This document shows positions 1 through 11,160 of a stretch of 64,000 nt of DNA, in pieces (position 1 is the stretch's first letter; every line of letters starts with the position of its first letter). This DNA comes from Minutocellus sp. GHC0000111 (Eukaryota). The stretch covers positions 1,984,001 to 2,048,000 of the forward strand of contig OZ361259.1 in NCBI GenBank assembly GCA_977018835.1, given 5' to 3'. The notes beneath the pieces were generated by a model. That model was not told the origin of the DNA and did not search any database. It was given only the letters and a program-made list of their open reading frames with translations. The position numbers and the translations under genes are program-made.

Positions 1-1079
1 TTGGTCCAGCCGCAAGGCCATCCATCATCCATCCACTACCTGCCCATGCTGGCCAAAGCTTTGGCCAAATTGGCCCGGGGGCAGCCATCTTCAGCATTAA
101 TTGCCCATGATATATTATCATCGAACAATTGATATATTCTCGGCATCGTGAGTGCCATAATGGCCGAGAAATTTGCGCACAAAGCACGTTCAAAAGTACA
201 TGTAGTAGTTAGTTGTGCTATGCTCATGCTACATCTGGCGATGTCAACTGCCAATAACTGGGCCATTGGAAGTGCCACAGCATAACTAGAGATCAAACCA
301 ACATATGATACTTATCTTTGACATGCTGGCTGCATCATGGTGATGAGAAGAGACATATCATTGTCATTGAAGAATGGCTGCGAACAGGTACTGAGCACGA
401 TGAAATCGCATGGCAGGCGACGAAAGCCGGGCCCATGGGCCCCAAGGACGACGATTGGCTCACATATCTTGAGAATGATATTGTTGGCTGCATATCTGCC
501 GAGTTTGGGATAATGAAAAAGACAAATGATAAAGTCGGCACATATATTGTCAGTGGAAAGTAGTTGGCAAAGTGATCGACAACAAAGACATCGACCAGCG
601 AGGAGCACATCACTTACAAAGTGATAATTAAAGAAAAGGCCCACAAAACACAGTACTACTATTGGTTGCTTTCTATATCTCACCTGCTTCGTATCCTGAC
701 TCTGCCTGGAGCACAAAAACACAAGTACATATCACTTGAGTGTAACTTGCTTGTCGACATTTTCATGAGAAGTCAATAATCTCGGAAAGTAGCGCGAGGC
801 GCAGATTCGCAGCAACACAGGCACAACAGCCGCCGGCAGCAGGCGGCGCGACATAGTTGGAGCAATGACAATTTGGCGGTGGCGGGTACTGGTGTGGCTC
901 GGGGCGATACTGTCTGTTAGTCCTCGAGTTGCAATTGTAGCAACAGCAAATGACGGTTGATGGTGGAGCGTGGGAGCGCCGAATATTTGCAAGCCTGCCA
1001 GTCTCCAAATAAATGGAAACGAAGAAGGAAAGCAAGGAGAAACGGAAAAAGCAAACAGGAGGTCCAATTCAGGCTTCAC

Positions 1080-1179
1080 AAAAACCATTTATTGCCCAAA
1101 CCTTTGCTCGGAAAGAAACAGGCCCTTCTGTCGTTCGTAAAAACCATTTTTTGCCCCAACCTTTGCTCAGACAGAAACA
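1080..1179 (+). repeat. Imperfect 41-bp direct repeat (1080-1120, 1139-1179; 37/41 identical) upstream of GNL3
   Basis: aaaaaccatttattgcccaaacctttgctcggaaagaaaca vs aaaaaccattttttgccccaacctttgctcagacagaaaca, aligned by eye. Confidence 0.85.
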
Positions 1180-1346
1180 ACGCAACGGTCGAGTTTGTCG
1201 AACCTCATTAGGTTATGAGCATTTATCCGTCACTTTCATTTTGCGGTTTCGACCAAGGTCTCGCAGGCACGCCTTCCACACCACCAATCGCATCGGCCGC
1301 CGATCTCCCGCATTTTTTGCTTGCTGCAACCCAACAAAGTACCACC

Positions 1347-3118
1347 ATGGTGAAAAAGAAGGGAAAGTCCAAGCGCGTCTCGCTTAAGGACAAGTATAAG
1401 GTGAGTTTGCGGGGAATAGGGACCGACCATGACACAAATTCTGGAAGCGATCGATTGCACTTTCGCCTCATGTCTGTTGCCAACCGAATTGTTTCTCATT
1501 TCCTACTTTCCACTCGTTGAAACTTTTATTTCAACAGATCCAACGACGTGTTGTGGAGAGCCATCGCAAGTCTAGGAAGCAGGCCAAGCGCGATGCGAAG
1601 GCAGGTATCGTTCGTCCGAACAAACGGAGCAAGAAGGATCCTGGAATTCCCAACTCTTGGCCCTTCAAGCAGGATTTGCTGAATGATATTGCCAGGGCCA
1701 AGGAAAGAGCTGAACAGAAGAAGGCCGATGAAAAACAGCAGAAGCAGGACCGCCTTCGTGCCCTGAATGATCACAAGAAGTCTGGAGGAACGGCACGATC
1801 ATACGAGGAAATCATGGCCATGGCCAACAGGGATGCTCAGCAGTTTGCCTCCAATGCCAATCGCGATGAAGGCGAGACGGGCGACGGGGAGGGTATGCGT
1901 ACGGAAAAGCAGAGTCTTGGTCAGCAGTCGCGCCGTGCCTATCTGAAAGAGCTCAAGAAGGTTATTGATGGCAGCGATGTTATTCTCCAGGTCCTCGATG
2001 CTAGGGATCCGATTGGTACCCGAATCCATCCCAGTGTTGAGGATGCCATCCTGAGACACTACGACAAGAAGATGGTGCTTGTGCTCAACAAAATTGATCT
2101 GGTACCCAAGGAGGCTGTCGCTGGATGGTTGGCCTACCTGCGAAAGTCTGGCCGACCCACCATTGCTATGAAGGCTGGAACCAATCAATCGCGGTCAGGC
2201 AATGTCGGCCAGACCAAGGGTGAGAGCGCGCTCAAGTCCTCGTCTGGAGTTGGTGCCGACTCCTTGCTCCACCTTCTCAAGAACTATGCCCGTCATGCTG
2301 GTGGCGATAAGAAGGCTTCGACAAGCAAGGCCTGCATCACTGTTGGTATCATTGGATACCCCAATGTAGGCAAAAGCTCCATTCTGAACACCATGAAACG
2401 TAGTCGCGCGGTTGGTGTCAGCCCTCGTCCTGGATTCACCACGGCCATGCAGGAGGTCGTTCTCGATCGATCAGTTCGACTCCTGGACTCGCCTGGCGTT
2501 GTCTTCGATGATGTATCAGGAAGCAACGACCAGGGCGGACATGCCCTTCTGCGCAACTGCGTCGATGCCGATAGCGTCGAGGATCCTATTCCAGCCGTCC
2601 AAGGTCTCCTGGAGCGTTGTTCAACCGAGTCTCTCATGATGACCTATACCATTCCCGCATTTCCCAAGAATGACGTGATGGTATTCCTTGCTCTTGTCGC
2701 CAAGCGTTCAGGACGAGTTCTAAAGGGAGGCGTTCCCGATAAGGTTTCTGCCGCCAGGACTGTGATCCGCGATTGGAATGGAGGAAAGATCCCCTACTAC
2801 ACGATGCCACCTGAGACCATGAGCATGGAGGGAGAGGATAAGAGTGAGGGGGCAGTGGTTGTCAGCTCCTTTGCAGATGAACTCGATTTGCAAAAGCTGG
2901 ATGCCGAAGTTCTCAAGGATCTCCCCGAAGACGGTATGGATTACGTCAAAATTGAGCCCGTTATGCCTGCCAATAGCGAGAAAATTGAAAAGGCAGCGCG
3001 CTATTTGACTGCGAAGGGTGGAGACGATGACGACGAAAGTAGCTCGGACGAAGACATGGAAATGGACGACAATGACAAGGCTGCGGAAGCTGAGGATTAC
3101 GATTTCGAGGACATGTAA
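1347..3118 (+). CDS. GNL3: Nucleolar circularly permuted GTPase GNL3/nucleostemin/Nug1, copy 1; join(1347..1400,1538..3118)
   Basis: Basic N-terminus MVKKKGKSKR, KKDPGIPNSWPFK, DARDP, NKIDL, GYPNVGKSS, DSPG in permuted order; GT..AG intron 1401-1537 keeps the frame. Confidence 0.95.
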
Positions 3119-3207
3119 ACATAGCAACTTTTTAATCTTAAAATGGGCACTGCTTCTCTCCTGATTTATTGTGGTAGATCTACAGTAGCTTACGTAGAGA
3201 CAACGTT

Positions 3208-4220
3208 TCAACGTCGCCGAAATCTAGACTGAAGCGCAGTCGATAAAGACCATGTGAGCAACATACCAAGCGCATGTCCTGCAAGGGTTAGGGTCATATC
3301 CTTGACGCGTTTCCAATACATTTCACTTTGTAGCCGAGCCTTCTTCTCTGCCAGACGCCGATTGTGTATTGCCGCTGCTTCTGCTCCGGCCATGAGCGCC
3401 GTCCGACCTCCAACTTCTCCTTCGCCTGCAATGTGATTCGCCACGTACTCAAAGTGTTTCTCCACAATATGACCAATCATGGCATCTTCGAGCTCATCGA
3501 TTCCACCTCCGTATTTCCCCTTTTTGGATATTTCCTTCATCTCAAATCCTCGTTCCATTACTGATGAGGGATCGTCTTGAGTACTGCTGGTATTAGTATC
3601 GCCATTATCGTTTTCGTCATTCGTTTGCTGCAATATCCAAACTTTCTCATGCCGAGTCTTCAAAATGTTGCCCACTACCATGTGCGGTCCGTATCGCTTC
3701 ATGGCCAACATAGCCTTATGCCTCAAGATGTTCGTATCCGTCTCCAGTTTAAAGCTTACAGTGAAAGCGTCCGGTGCCCAGAGCTTGCGAAGTGCTGGAA
3801 TCAGTTTCGGTACCGGGTGAAGCTTGAGCGTGAGGCAGTTATCTGCATCTACCGCTACTGTTGCTTCCGATCCACCGGTCCCATAATCTTGACTCTGTAT
3901 CTTGTGCAAACTCCGTTTCGCTTTTGGGATGTAAAAGTCTGATACAGCCGCCGCCAGATAAATCACGCCAAGAGATTGACTGTCATTGAGAGCTTTGGCA
4001 CAAAGTTGCAGCTTGGCAAGATATTCATCGACAGTACGGAACTTGACCGTAAGGAGAAGGCCTTGTTTCACAACCTCCGCTCGCTCTCGTAAGGCCGTTT
4101 CAATTTCAGAAGAAGCAAATAATCTACGATTCAGAGTGATGGGCCCATCCTTGGTATCGAGCATAACCTGTGACGGATCGAAAGCAGATCCACCGTCACT
4201 TCGTCCTGAAGCATTTGACG
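3208..4220 (-). pseudogene. PPCS: 5'-truncated PPCS copy created by the tandem duplication
   Basis: Identical to the 3' part of 6295..7800 but lacks the N-terminal TSGGT and RFLDNFSTG motifs; the ORF-track start at 4272 is TTG; first in-frame ATG is at 4164. Confidence 0.88.
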
Positions 4221-4433
4221 TTCGTAAAAACCATTTTTTGCCCCAACCTTTGCTCAGACAGAAACAACGCAACGGTCGAGTTTGTCGAACCTCATTAGGT
4301 TATGAGCATTTATCCGTCACTTTCATTTTGCGGTTTCGACCAAGGTCTCGCAGGCACGCCTTCCACACCACCAATCGCATCGGCCGCCGATCTCCCGCAT
4401 TTTTTGCTTGCTGCAACCCAACAAAGTACCACC

Positions 4434-6205
4434 ATGGTGAAAAAGAAGGGAAAGTCCAAGCGCGTCTCGCTTAAGGACAAGTATAAGGTGAGTTTGCGGG
4501 GAATAGGGACCGACCATGACACAAATTCTGGAAGCGATCGATTGCACTTTCGCCTCATGTCTGTTGCCAACCGAATTGTTTCTCATTTCCTACTTTCCAC
4601 TCGTTGAAACTTTTATTTCAACAGATCCAACGACGTGTTGTGGAGAGCCATCGCAAGTCTAGGAAGCAGGCCAAGCGCGATGCGAAGGCAGGTATCGTTC
4701 GTCCGAACAAACGGAGCAAGAAGGATCCTGGAATTCCCAACTCTTGGCCCTTCAAGCAGGATTTGCTGAATGATATTGCCAGGGCCAAGGAAAGAGCTGA
4801 ACAGAAGAAGGCCGATGAAAAACAGCAGAAGCAGGACCGCCTTCGTGCCCTGAATGATCACAAGAAGTCTGGAGGAACGGCACGATCATACGAGGAAATC
4901 ATGGCCATGGCCAACAGGGATGCTCAGCAGTTTGCCTCCAATGCCAATCGCGATGAAGGCGAGACGGGCGACGGGGAGGGTATGCGTACGGAAAAGCAGA
5001 GTCTTGGTCAGCAGTCGCGCCGTGCCTATCTGAAAGAGCTCAAGAAGGTTATTGATGGCAGCGATGTTATTCTCCAGGTCCTCGATGCTAGGGATCCGAT
5101 TGGTACCCGAATCCATCCCAGTGTTGAGGATGCCATCCTGAGACACTACGACAAGAAGATGGTGCTTGTGCTCAACAAAATTGATCTGGTACCCAAGGAG
5201 GCTGTCGCTGGATGGTTGGCCTACCTGCGAAAGTCTGGCCGACCCACCATTGCTATGAAGGCTGGAACCAATCAATCGCGGTCAGGCAATGTCGGCCAGA
5301 CCAAGGGTGAGAGCGCGCTCAAGTCCTCGTCTGGAGTTGGTGCCGACTCCTTGCTCCACCTTCTCAAGAACTATGCCCGTCATGCTGGTGGCGATAAGAA
5401 GGCTTCGACAAGCAAGGCCTGCATCACTGTTGGTATCATTGGATACCCCAATGTAGGCAAAAGCTCCATTCTGAACACCATGAAACGTAGTCGCGCGGTT
5501 GGTGTCAGCCCTCGTCCTGGATTCACCACGGCCATGCAGGAGGTCGTTCTCGATCGATCAGTTCGACTCCTGGACTCGCCTGGCGTTGTCTTCGATGATG
5601 TATCAGGAAGCAACGACCAGGGCGGACATGCCCTTCTGCGCAACTGCGTCGATGCCGATAGCGTCGAGGATCCTATTCCAGCCGTCCAAGGTCTCCTGGA
5701 GCGTTGTTCAACCGAGTCTCTCATGATGACCTATACCATTCCCGCATTTCCCAAGAATGACGTGATGGTATTCCTTGCTCTTGTCGCCAAGCGTTCAGGA
5801 CGAGTTCTAAAGGGAGGCGTTCCCGATAAGGTTTCTGCCGCCAGGACTGTGATCCGCGATTGGAATGGAGGAAAGATCCCCTACTACACGATGCCACCTG
5901 AGACCATGAGCATGGAGGGAGAGGATAAGAGTGAGGGGGCAGTGGTTGTCAGCTCCTTTGCAGATGAACTCGATTTGCAAAAGCTGGATGCCGAAGTTCT
6001 CAAGGATCTCCCCGAAGACGGTATGGATTACGTCAAAATTGAGCCCGTTATGCCTGCCAATAGCGAGAAAATTGAAAAGGCAGCGCGCTATTTGACTGCG
6101 AAGGGTGGAGACGATGACGACGAAAGTAGCTCGGACGAAGACATGGAAATGGACGACAATGACAAGGCTGCGGAAGCTGAGGATTACGATTTCGAGGACA
6201 TGTAA
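4434..6205 (+). CDS. GNL3: GNL3/Nug1 GTPase, copy 2; join(4434..4487,4625..6205)
   Basis: Same translation and intron as copy 1. Confidence 0.93.
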
Positions 6206-6294
6206 ACATAGCAACTTTTTAATCTTAAAATGGGCACTGCTTCTCTCCTGATTTATTGTGGTAGATCTACAGTAGCTTACGTAGAGACAACGTT

Positions 6295-7800
6295 TCAACG
6301 TCGCCGAAATCTAGACTGAAGCGCAGTCGATAAAGACCATGTGAGCAACATACCAAGCGCATGTCCTGCAAGGGTTAGGGTCATATCCTTGACGCGTTTC
6401 CAATACATTTCACTTTGTAGCCGAGCCTTCTTCTCTGCCAGACGCCGATTGTGTATTGCCGCTGCTTCTGCTCCGGCCATGAGCGCCGTCCGACCTCCAA
6501 CTTCTCCTTCGCCTGCAATGTGATTCGCCACGTACTCAAAGTGTTTCTCCACAATATGACCAATCATGGCATCTTCGAGCTCATCGATTCCACCTCCGTA
6601 TTTCCCCTTTTTGGATATTTCCTTCATCTCAAATCCTCGTTCCATTACTGATGAGGGATCGTCTTGAGTACTGCTGGTATTAGTATCGCCATTATCGTTT
6701 TCGTCATTCGTTTGCTGCAATATCCAAACTTTCTCATGCCGAGTCTTCAAAATGTTGCCCACTACCATGTGCGGTCCGTATCGCTTCATGGCCAACATAG
6801 CCTTATGCCTCAAGATGTTCGTATCCGTCTCCAGTTTAAAGCTTACAGTGAAAGCGTCCGGTGCCCAGAGCTTGCGAAGTGCTGGAATCAGTTTCGGTAC
6901 CGGGTGAAGCTTGAGCGTGAGGCAGTTATCTGCATCTACCGCTACTGTTGCTTCCGATCCACCGGTCCCATAATCTTGACTCTGTATCTTGTGCAAACTC
7001 CGTTTCGCTTTTGGGATGTAAAAGTCTGATACAGCCGCCGCCAGATAAATCACGCCAAGAGATTGACTGTCATTGAGAGCTTTGGCACAAAGTTGCAGCT
7101 TGGCAAGATATTCATCGACAGTACGGAACTTGACCGTAAGGAGAAGGCCTTGTTTCACAACCTCCGCTCGCTCTCGTAAGGCCGTTTCAATTTCAGAAGA
7201 AGCAAATAATCTACGATTCAGAGTGATGGGCCCATCCTTGGTATCGAGCATAACCTGTGACGGATCGAAAGCAGATCCACCGTCACTTCGTCCTGAAGCA
7301 TTTGACGGCCCATCATGATACACATCGTTGCGTCCAGATGTATCGGTCAGCCAGGGATCATTAGAACGGACCTGATTGACCATGCGCTCCTCTTCATCCT
7401 GCTGTCCCTCCTCGCCGGGAAAGTCAAGCAATCGTCCAAGCGCATCGAAGCCCAGCCCATGATTGGCCTGCCTCGTCCCGAGTGCCGAGCTCAGCGCACG
7501 GGTGTACGGTGCAGCGCTACCCTCTCTCCAAAGATGTATCACGGCATATCCCCGGCGCAAGAATTGCTCTGCCGATACAGCCCCACGAAGACCAGTCGAA
7601 AAGTTATCCAGAAAACGAACGCTGTTCACCTCCAGGTCAGTGGCGGTACCACCGGATGTGACAAGGGCAATCGGTCGGTGATGGCTCTGATGTCGGATAC
7701 AAAAGGCCTCCAGTAATGGCTGAATCTGGGCCAGCTCAGATGGCGACAAAGGCTCAATTTGCGCCTCAGCAGCAGCTATTTGCTCGTCGGTGATGGTCAT
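6295..7800 (-). CDS. PPCS: Phosphopantothenate--cysteine ligase (CoA biosynthesis)
   Basis: LVTSGGT, VRFLDNFSTGLRGA, YLAAAVSDFYIP, HKIQS, VSFKLETD motifs. Confidence 0.95.
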   Translation of the reverse strand: MTITDEQIAAAEAQIEPLSPSELAQIQPLLEAFCIRHQSHHRPIALVTSGGTATDLEVNSVRFLDNFSTGLRGAVSAEQFLRRGYAVIHLWREGSAAPYTRALSSALGTRQANHGLGFDALGRLLDFPGEEGQQDEEERMVNQVRSNDPWLTDTSGRNDVYHDGPSNASGRSDGGSAFDPSQVMLDTKDGPITLNRRLFASSEIETALRERAEVVKQGLLLTVKFRTVDEYLAKLQLCAKALNDSQSLGVIYLAAAVSDFYIPKAKRSLHKIQSQDYGTGGSEATVAVDADNCLTLKLHPVPKLIPALRKLWAPDAFTVSFKLETDTNILRHKAMLAMKRYGPHMVVGNILKTRHEKVWILQQTNDENDNGDTNTSSTQDDPSSVMERGFEMKEISKKGKYGGGIDELEDAMIGHIVEKHFEYVANHIAGEGEVGGRTALMAGAEAAAIHNRRLAEKKARLQSEMYWKRVKDMTLTLAGHALGMLLTWSLSTALQSRFRRR

Positions 7801-8110
7801 TTCGAGCTCGTATTATACTGGTATGGGGTGCATGCAGACCTCTGCGATACTCGGCTCGCTTATCGACCTGCTGCGCTGAATGAAAGCAGCTTGCAAAGCG
7901 TAAGCGCCCTGTGCTGACTGACGGAAAGACAATCAGTTTGGGAGTGGATGACTCCCGTCCTGTGCCCGAGTCCCGCCAACTTTCAACTCCGTTGGCAACG
8001 ACAAGCAAACGGGCATCGCATCGTTCAAATCGTGCCGAGGCCCGAGAGGCCCGCAGAACGCACGGGCTCTCTCATAAATCTCTCTGACTACTTCTCCCCA
8101 CATCACCATC

Positions 8111-8732
8111 ATGATCTATCGCTTCGCTCTACACGCTGCGATCCTCGCTGCTACTGCTATTGCAGCTGCTGACCACCGGCGCCTCGAGACCTACACATGT
8201 GAATCCAATCCTTGCTCGACAGAAACAGAAGGATCCTACTTTGCTCATACCGATTCGACAAAGTACATCCAATGCGGGGCTGAATACAACGGTGAACGGC
8301 TGTGCTACGAAATGCCATGCGGGGCCGGTACCGTGTGGAATCAAGAAGTTCTGGCCTGCGCCCACGATTGCGACGGAGGTTGTGGCAATCCTTGTGCCAA
8401 TGTAGCCGCCGATGGATACTACCATCCCCACTGCGATCGCGACAATATCCACCAATTCATCCAGTGTGACGACTTTGGAGGATGCTTCGTCCAGGACTGC
8501 GCACCGGGAACTGTTTGGTCGCAGGATTTTCTCACCTGTGTCAGCGATTGTAGCCACCAACCGAGCCTGGCAAAAGGGCTGCGAGGAAGTTCGAGTTGAT
8601 CGTGCCAATAGAAGTAAATCAAGAAAGAGCAAAGGAAGCAAGGGTGGAAGCCGTGGAACGTCGAGTGGCAAGGGCGGAAAGGGAGGTTCTGGTAAAGGTG
8701 GTTCCGGTAAATCTGGGTCAAGCAGCGAATAG
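8111..8732 (+). CDS. Secreted protein with two chitin-binding (CBM14/peritrophin-A-like) domains; frame 0 stops at 8599, a Lys/Gly/Ser tail continues in the +1 frame to 8732
   Basis: Signal peptide, RRL motif, two Cys modules (YIQC...PCGAGTVWNQ..LAC; FIQC...DCAPGTVWSQ..LTC); tail SKSRKSKGSKGG..GKGGKGGSGKGGSGKSGS. Confidence 0.8.
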
Positions 8733-8851
8733 CATCCGCACCATCAATAGGGGAGCGTAATTTTTAGATTGTGCATTAGAAATTTCTAGAGAGAATCGTA
8801 GTCATAGAATAGTATGAATTCCTATTTGACTGGGCTCGCTATAGTTAAAAG

Positions 8852-10839
8852 TTATGACATTCTTGGACTGTGCATTCCCATATCTCCAGGTCCAGATGAT
8901 CCGTTCGAAGCAAAGTAAGGGGACCGCATGCTGTTCTGGCCACCGGGGTGTAGCATGTTTTGATACTCAAATCCCATGCGTTCGATTTCGTCGTCTACAT
9001 TTTCTTCGCCGACACGCCGATAAAACTCTTCCTGTCTCAAGTCGGCACCAGAAAACATACTAGTACCTCTTGAGTGCATACCGCTTACAAAGCTTCCCGG
9101 GGTGTCTGAATCCAACGATGATGCAATCGAAGACAAAACGCTCTCTTGGACAAAGAACTTGGTCATTTCAAGACGTTCCGCTGCATCTACCGATTCGCAT
9201 GGTGTGAACGACCACACCTCCAAATTTACAATTTCGAACACTTCTCCTCGAGAACTATGATTGACCAAGCATGGATTGCGAAATGTGGCACAAGGACTGG
9301 ACGTGCCATGAAGCAAGTCGTCGGCAATGGCAATCCCAAAACCATAATGCTCGGCGCAGCAGCTACATCATTTCCGTGTTCTTCTTTCCCCGTTGTGTCC
9401 AATTCCCCGCCGCCAACCGCAATTTTATCAGCAGTGCAGAGCTGGACGTAATCATTCAATCCAGAGTAAAAGAAGACGTCCATCTCAGATTCCAAGTGAG
9501 CCTGTTCAAATAAAGAATGGCAGGGAGTCATGCGATTGTATCGCATCTTCCACAGAAAGGCTTGGCCGCTCCCAAAGTAAGATGGACTCTGGCGCCACGG
9601 CGACGAAGTAAAGGCACCAAAGACATCTCCGTTGGTCGTTTCAATGGCAAGTATAGTATTCGGCGCGGCTCGGACGTAGCGTTTGAGGATTTCGAGATTG
9701 GCACCGTCGCGAACCAGAGAAAAACGAAGCCAAAAGTTTTGATCGGCAAGTGATTCAGGGACAAAGTTGAGGAGCGAATCCATCAAAGGGGGCGACAGTA
9801 CGTGCGGATGGGCGGCAACATCATCGGCACCAGTACCGATAATCTTGAACAAGTGAGCGTTATCGCTCTCCTCATCGCTATCAGCTTGAGTTGCCGCATT
9901 CTCGCCAACCCCATCACGGTAAGAAAAGCCAAAATCGTCGGCATACTCATCCTTCAACACAGCCCAAGCGTCGTAGTGGTCAAACCCTCCTTCGGAGAGT
10001 CCCCACGATGAGGCGCTGGACAAATCATCCTTGTCGCGACGTACTTCCTCGTCGGACTTGATGGAGCCGAAGCTACTTGCGCTGGCGTCGTCATCTTTAT
10101 CATCTTCTTCTTCATCCCTAGTTTTCCCTTGCTGACTTTTGGGCGACACAGCCTTGGACGATCGTCTTGATTTTAATCTCTTGAGGATCAGATCATCACT
10201 GTCAGCTCCTTTCTTCCCTTCGGCATTTTCTTTGCTTGCGGCAGCTCCGCCGATTCCGCTGGATGACTTTTGCGACGCCAATCTGCGAATTTCCCTTGGT
10301 CCTATCCCCTCCTCGTGGGCCCTCCACAGACCAATATGATGGGACTGATTCCGACGGGTTCGGGGCGGCTGGACCGATTGGCCCTTGGCCGCAATGCCAC
10401 TATCGGCCTGTGCGCCGTCAATATCGTCACCTCTACCGCCAAATGGCAGGGAAAACAAAACATCGTCATCGAGTACCGCCTTGGCCCTTGCCATTTGTTC
10501 CTTGTGGAGAAGTGCGGTGCTCTCATTTGCGTCGGACGGCGCACCATCCTTGTGGTCTTGCTTAGCAGGTACCACGGGATCTACCAACAGAGCGTGCAGA
10601 AACGCCTTCTCTCCCGTGCTCAAACTCGCCTGTCGCCGGAGGACGGCCTTCTTCAGACCATTCTTGATCTTGCAGGATGGTTCTGGTGATGGCGGATCGT
10701 TGACTTTTGGATTCTCATTATCCTTGACGTTGTCGGCATCTGCCAATGTGCTCGTTTTTCCTGCAGATGACGCCGCTGCCGTCGCCTCTTTAGCTGCTGT
10801 GCTTCCATTCTCTTCGGGTGGTGATGTTGATTGCGCCAT
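8852..10839 (-). CDS. TLDc-domain (OXR1-like) protein; one apparent 1-nt deletion near 9352-9368
   Basis: FSLVRDGA, GDVFGAF, YFGSGQAFLW, IAVGGG, then in the next frame YGFGIAIADDLLHGTSSPCATFRNPCL..FEIVNLEVW. Confidence 0.9.
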
Positions 10840-11160
10840 GGGGCTACTAGTATTGGTACCGACCGCAGTCTCTGGTGCAGATGTTCCAATTTATTGCTTT
10901 GTTGTGTGCCGTTCCGTGAGCGCTGCTGCTTGAAGTCGATGCATGACATGATGATGGCTTCGTGGCTCGGCCGGCGCGATTGGTGGCGGGGCAGGCTCGT
11001 TCGTGTGGCGGTTCCGCCACACTCGTTCAAAATTCACCACCCACAACCCACCACCCACCACCGCACCTGGACTCTGGACCCACTCTTGTCGTACTAGCTA
11101 GTACATTCATTCCTTCGTTCCCGAGAGCGAGCCATTGCAACAAGTAATTCAACAAAAAGC

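Larger units (their letters stand above)
1132..7307. repeat. Tandem duplication, 3087-bp unit (1132-4220 / 4219-7307)
   Basis: Identical ORFs recur at +3087; identity stops at 1131/4218 and 4221/7308; CG at 4219-4220 is shared by both ends. Confidence 0.97.

Noticed and set aside
429..442. GGGCCCATGGGCCC palindrome
   Set aside because: Isolated, not TA-bounded, no supporting context
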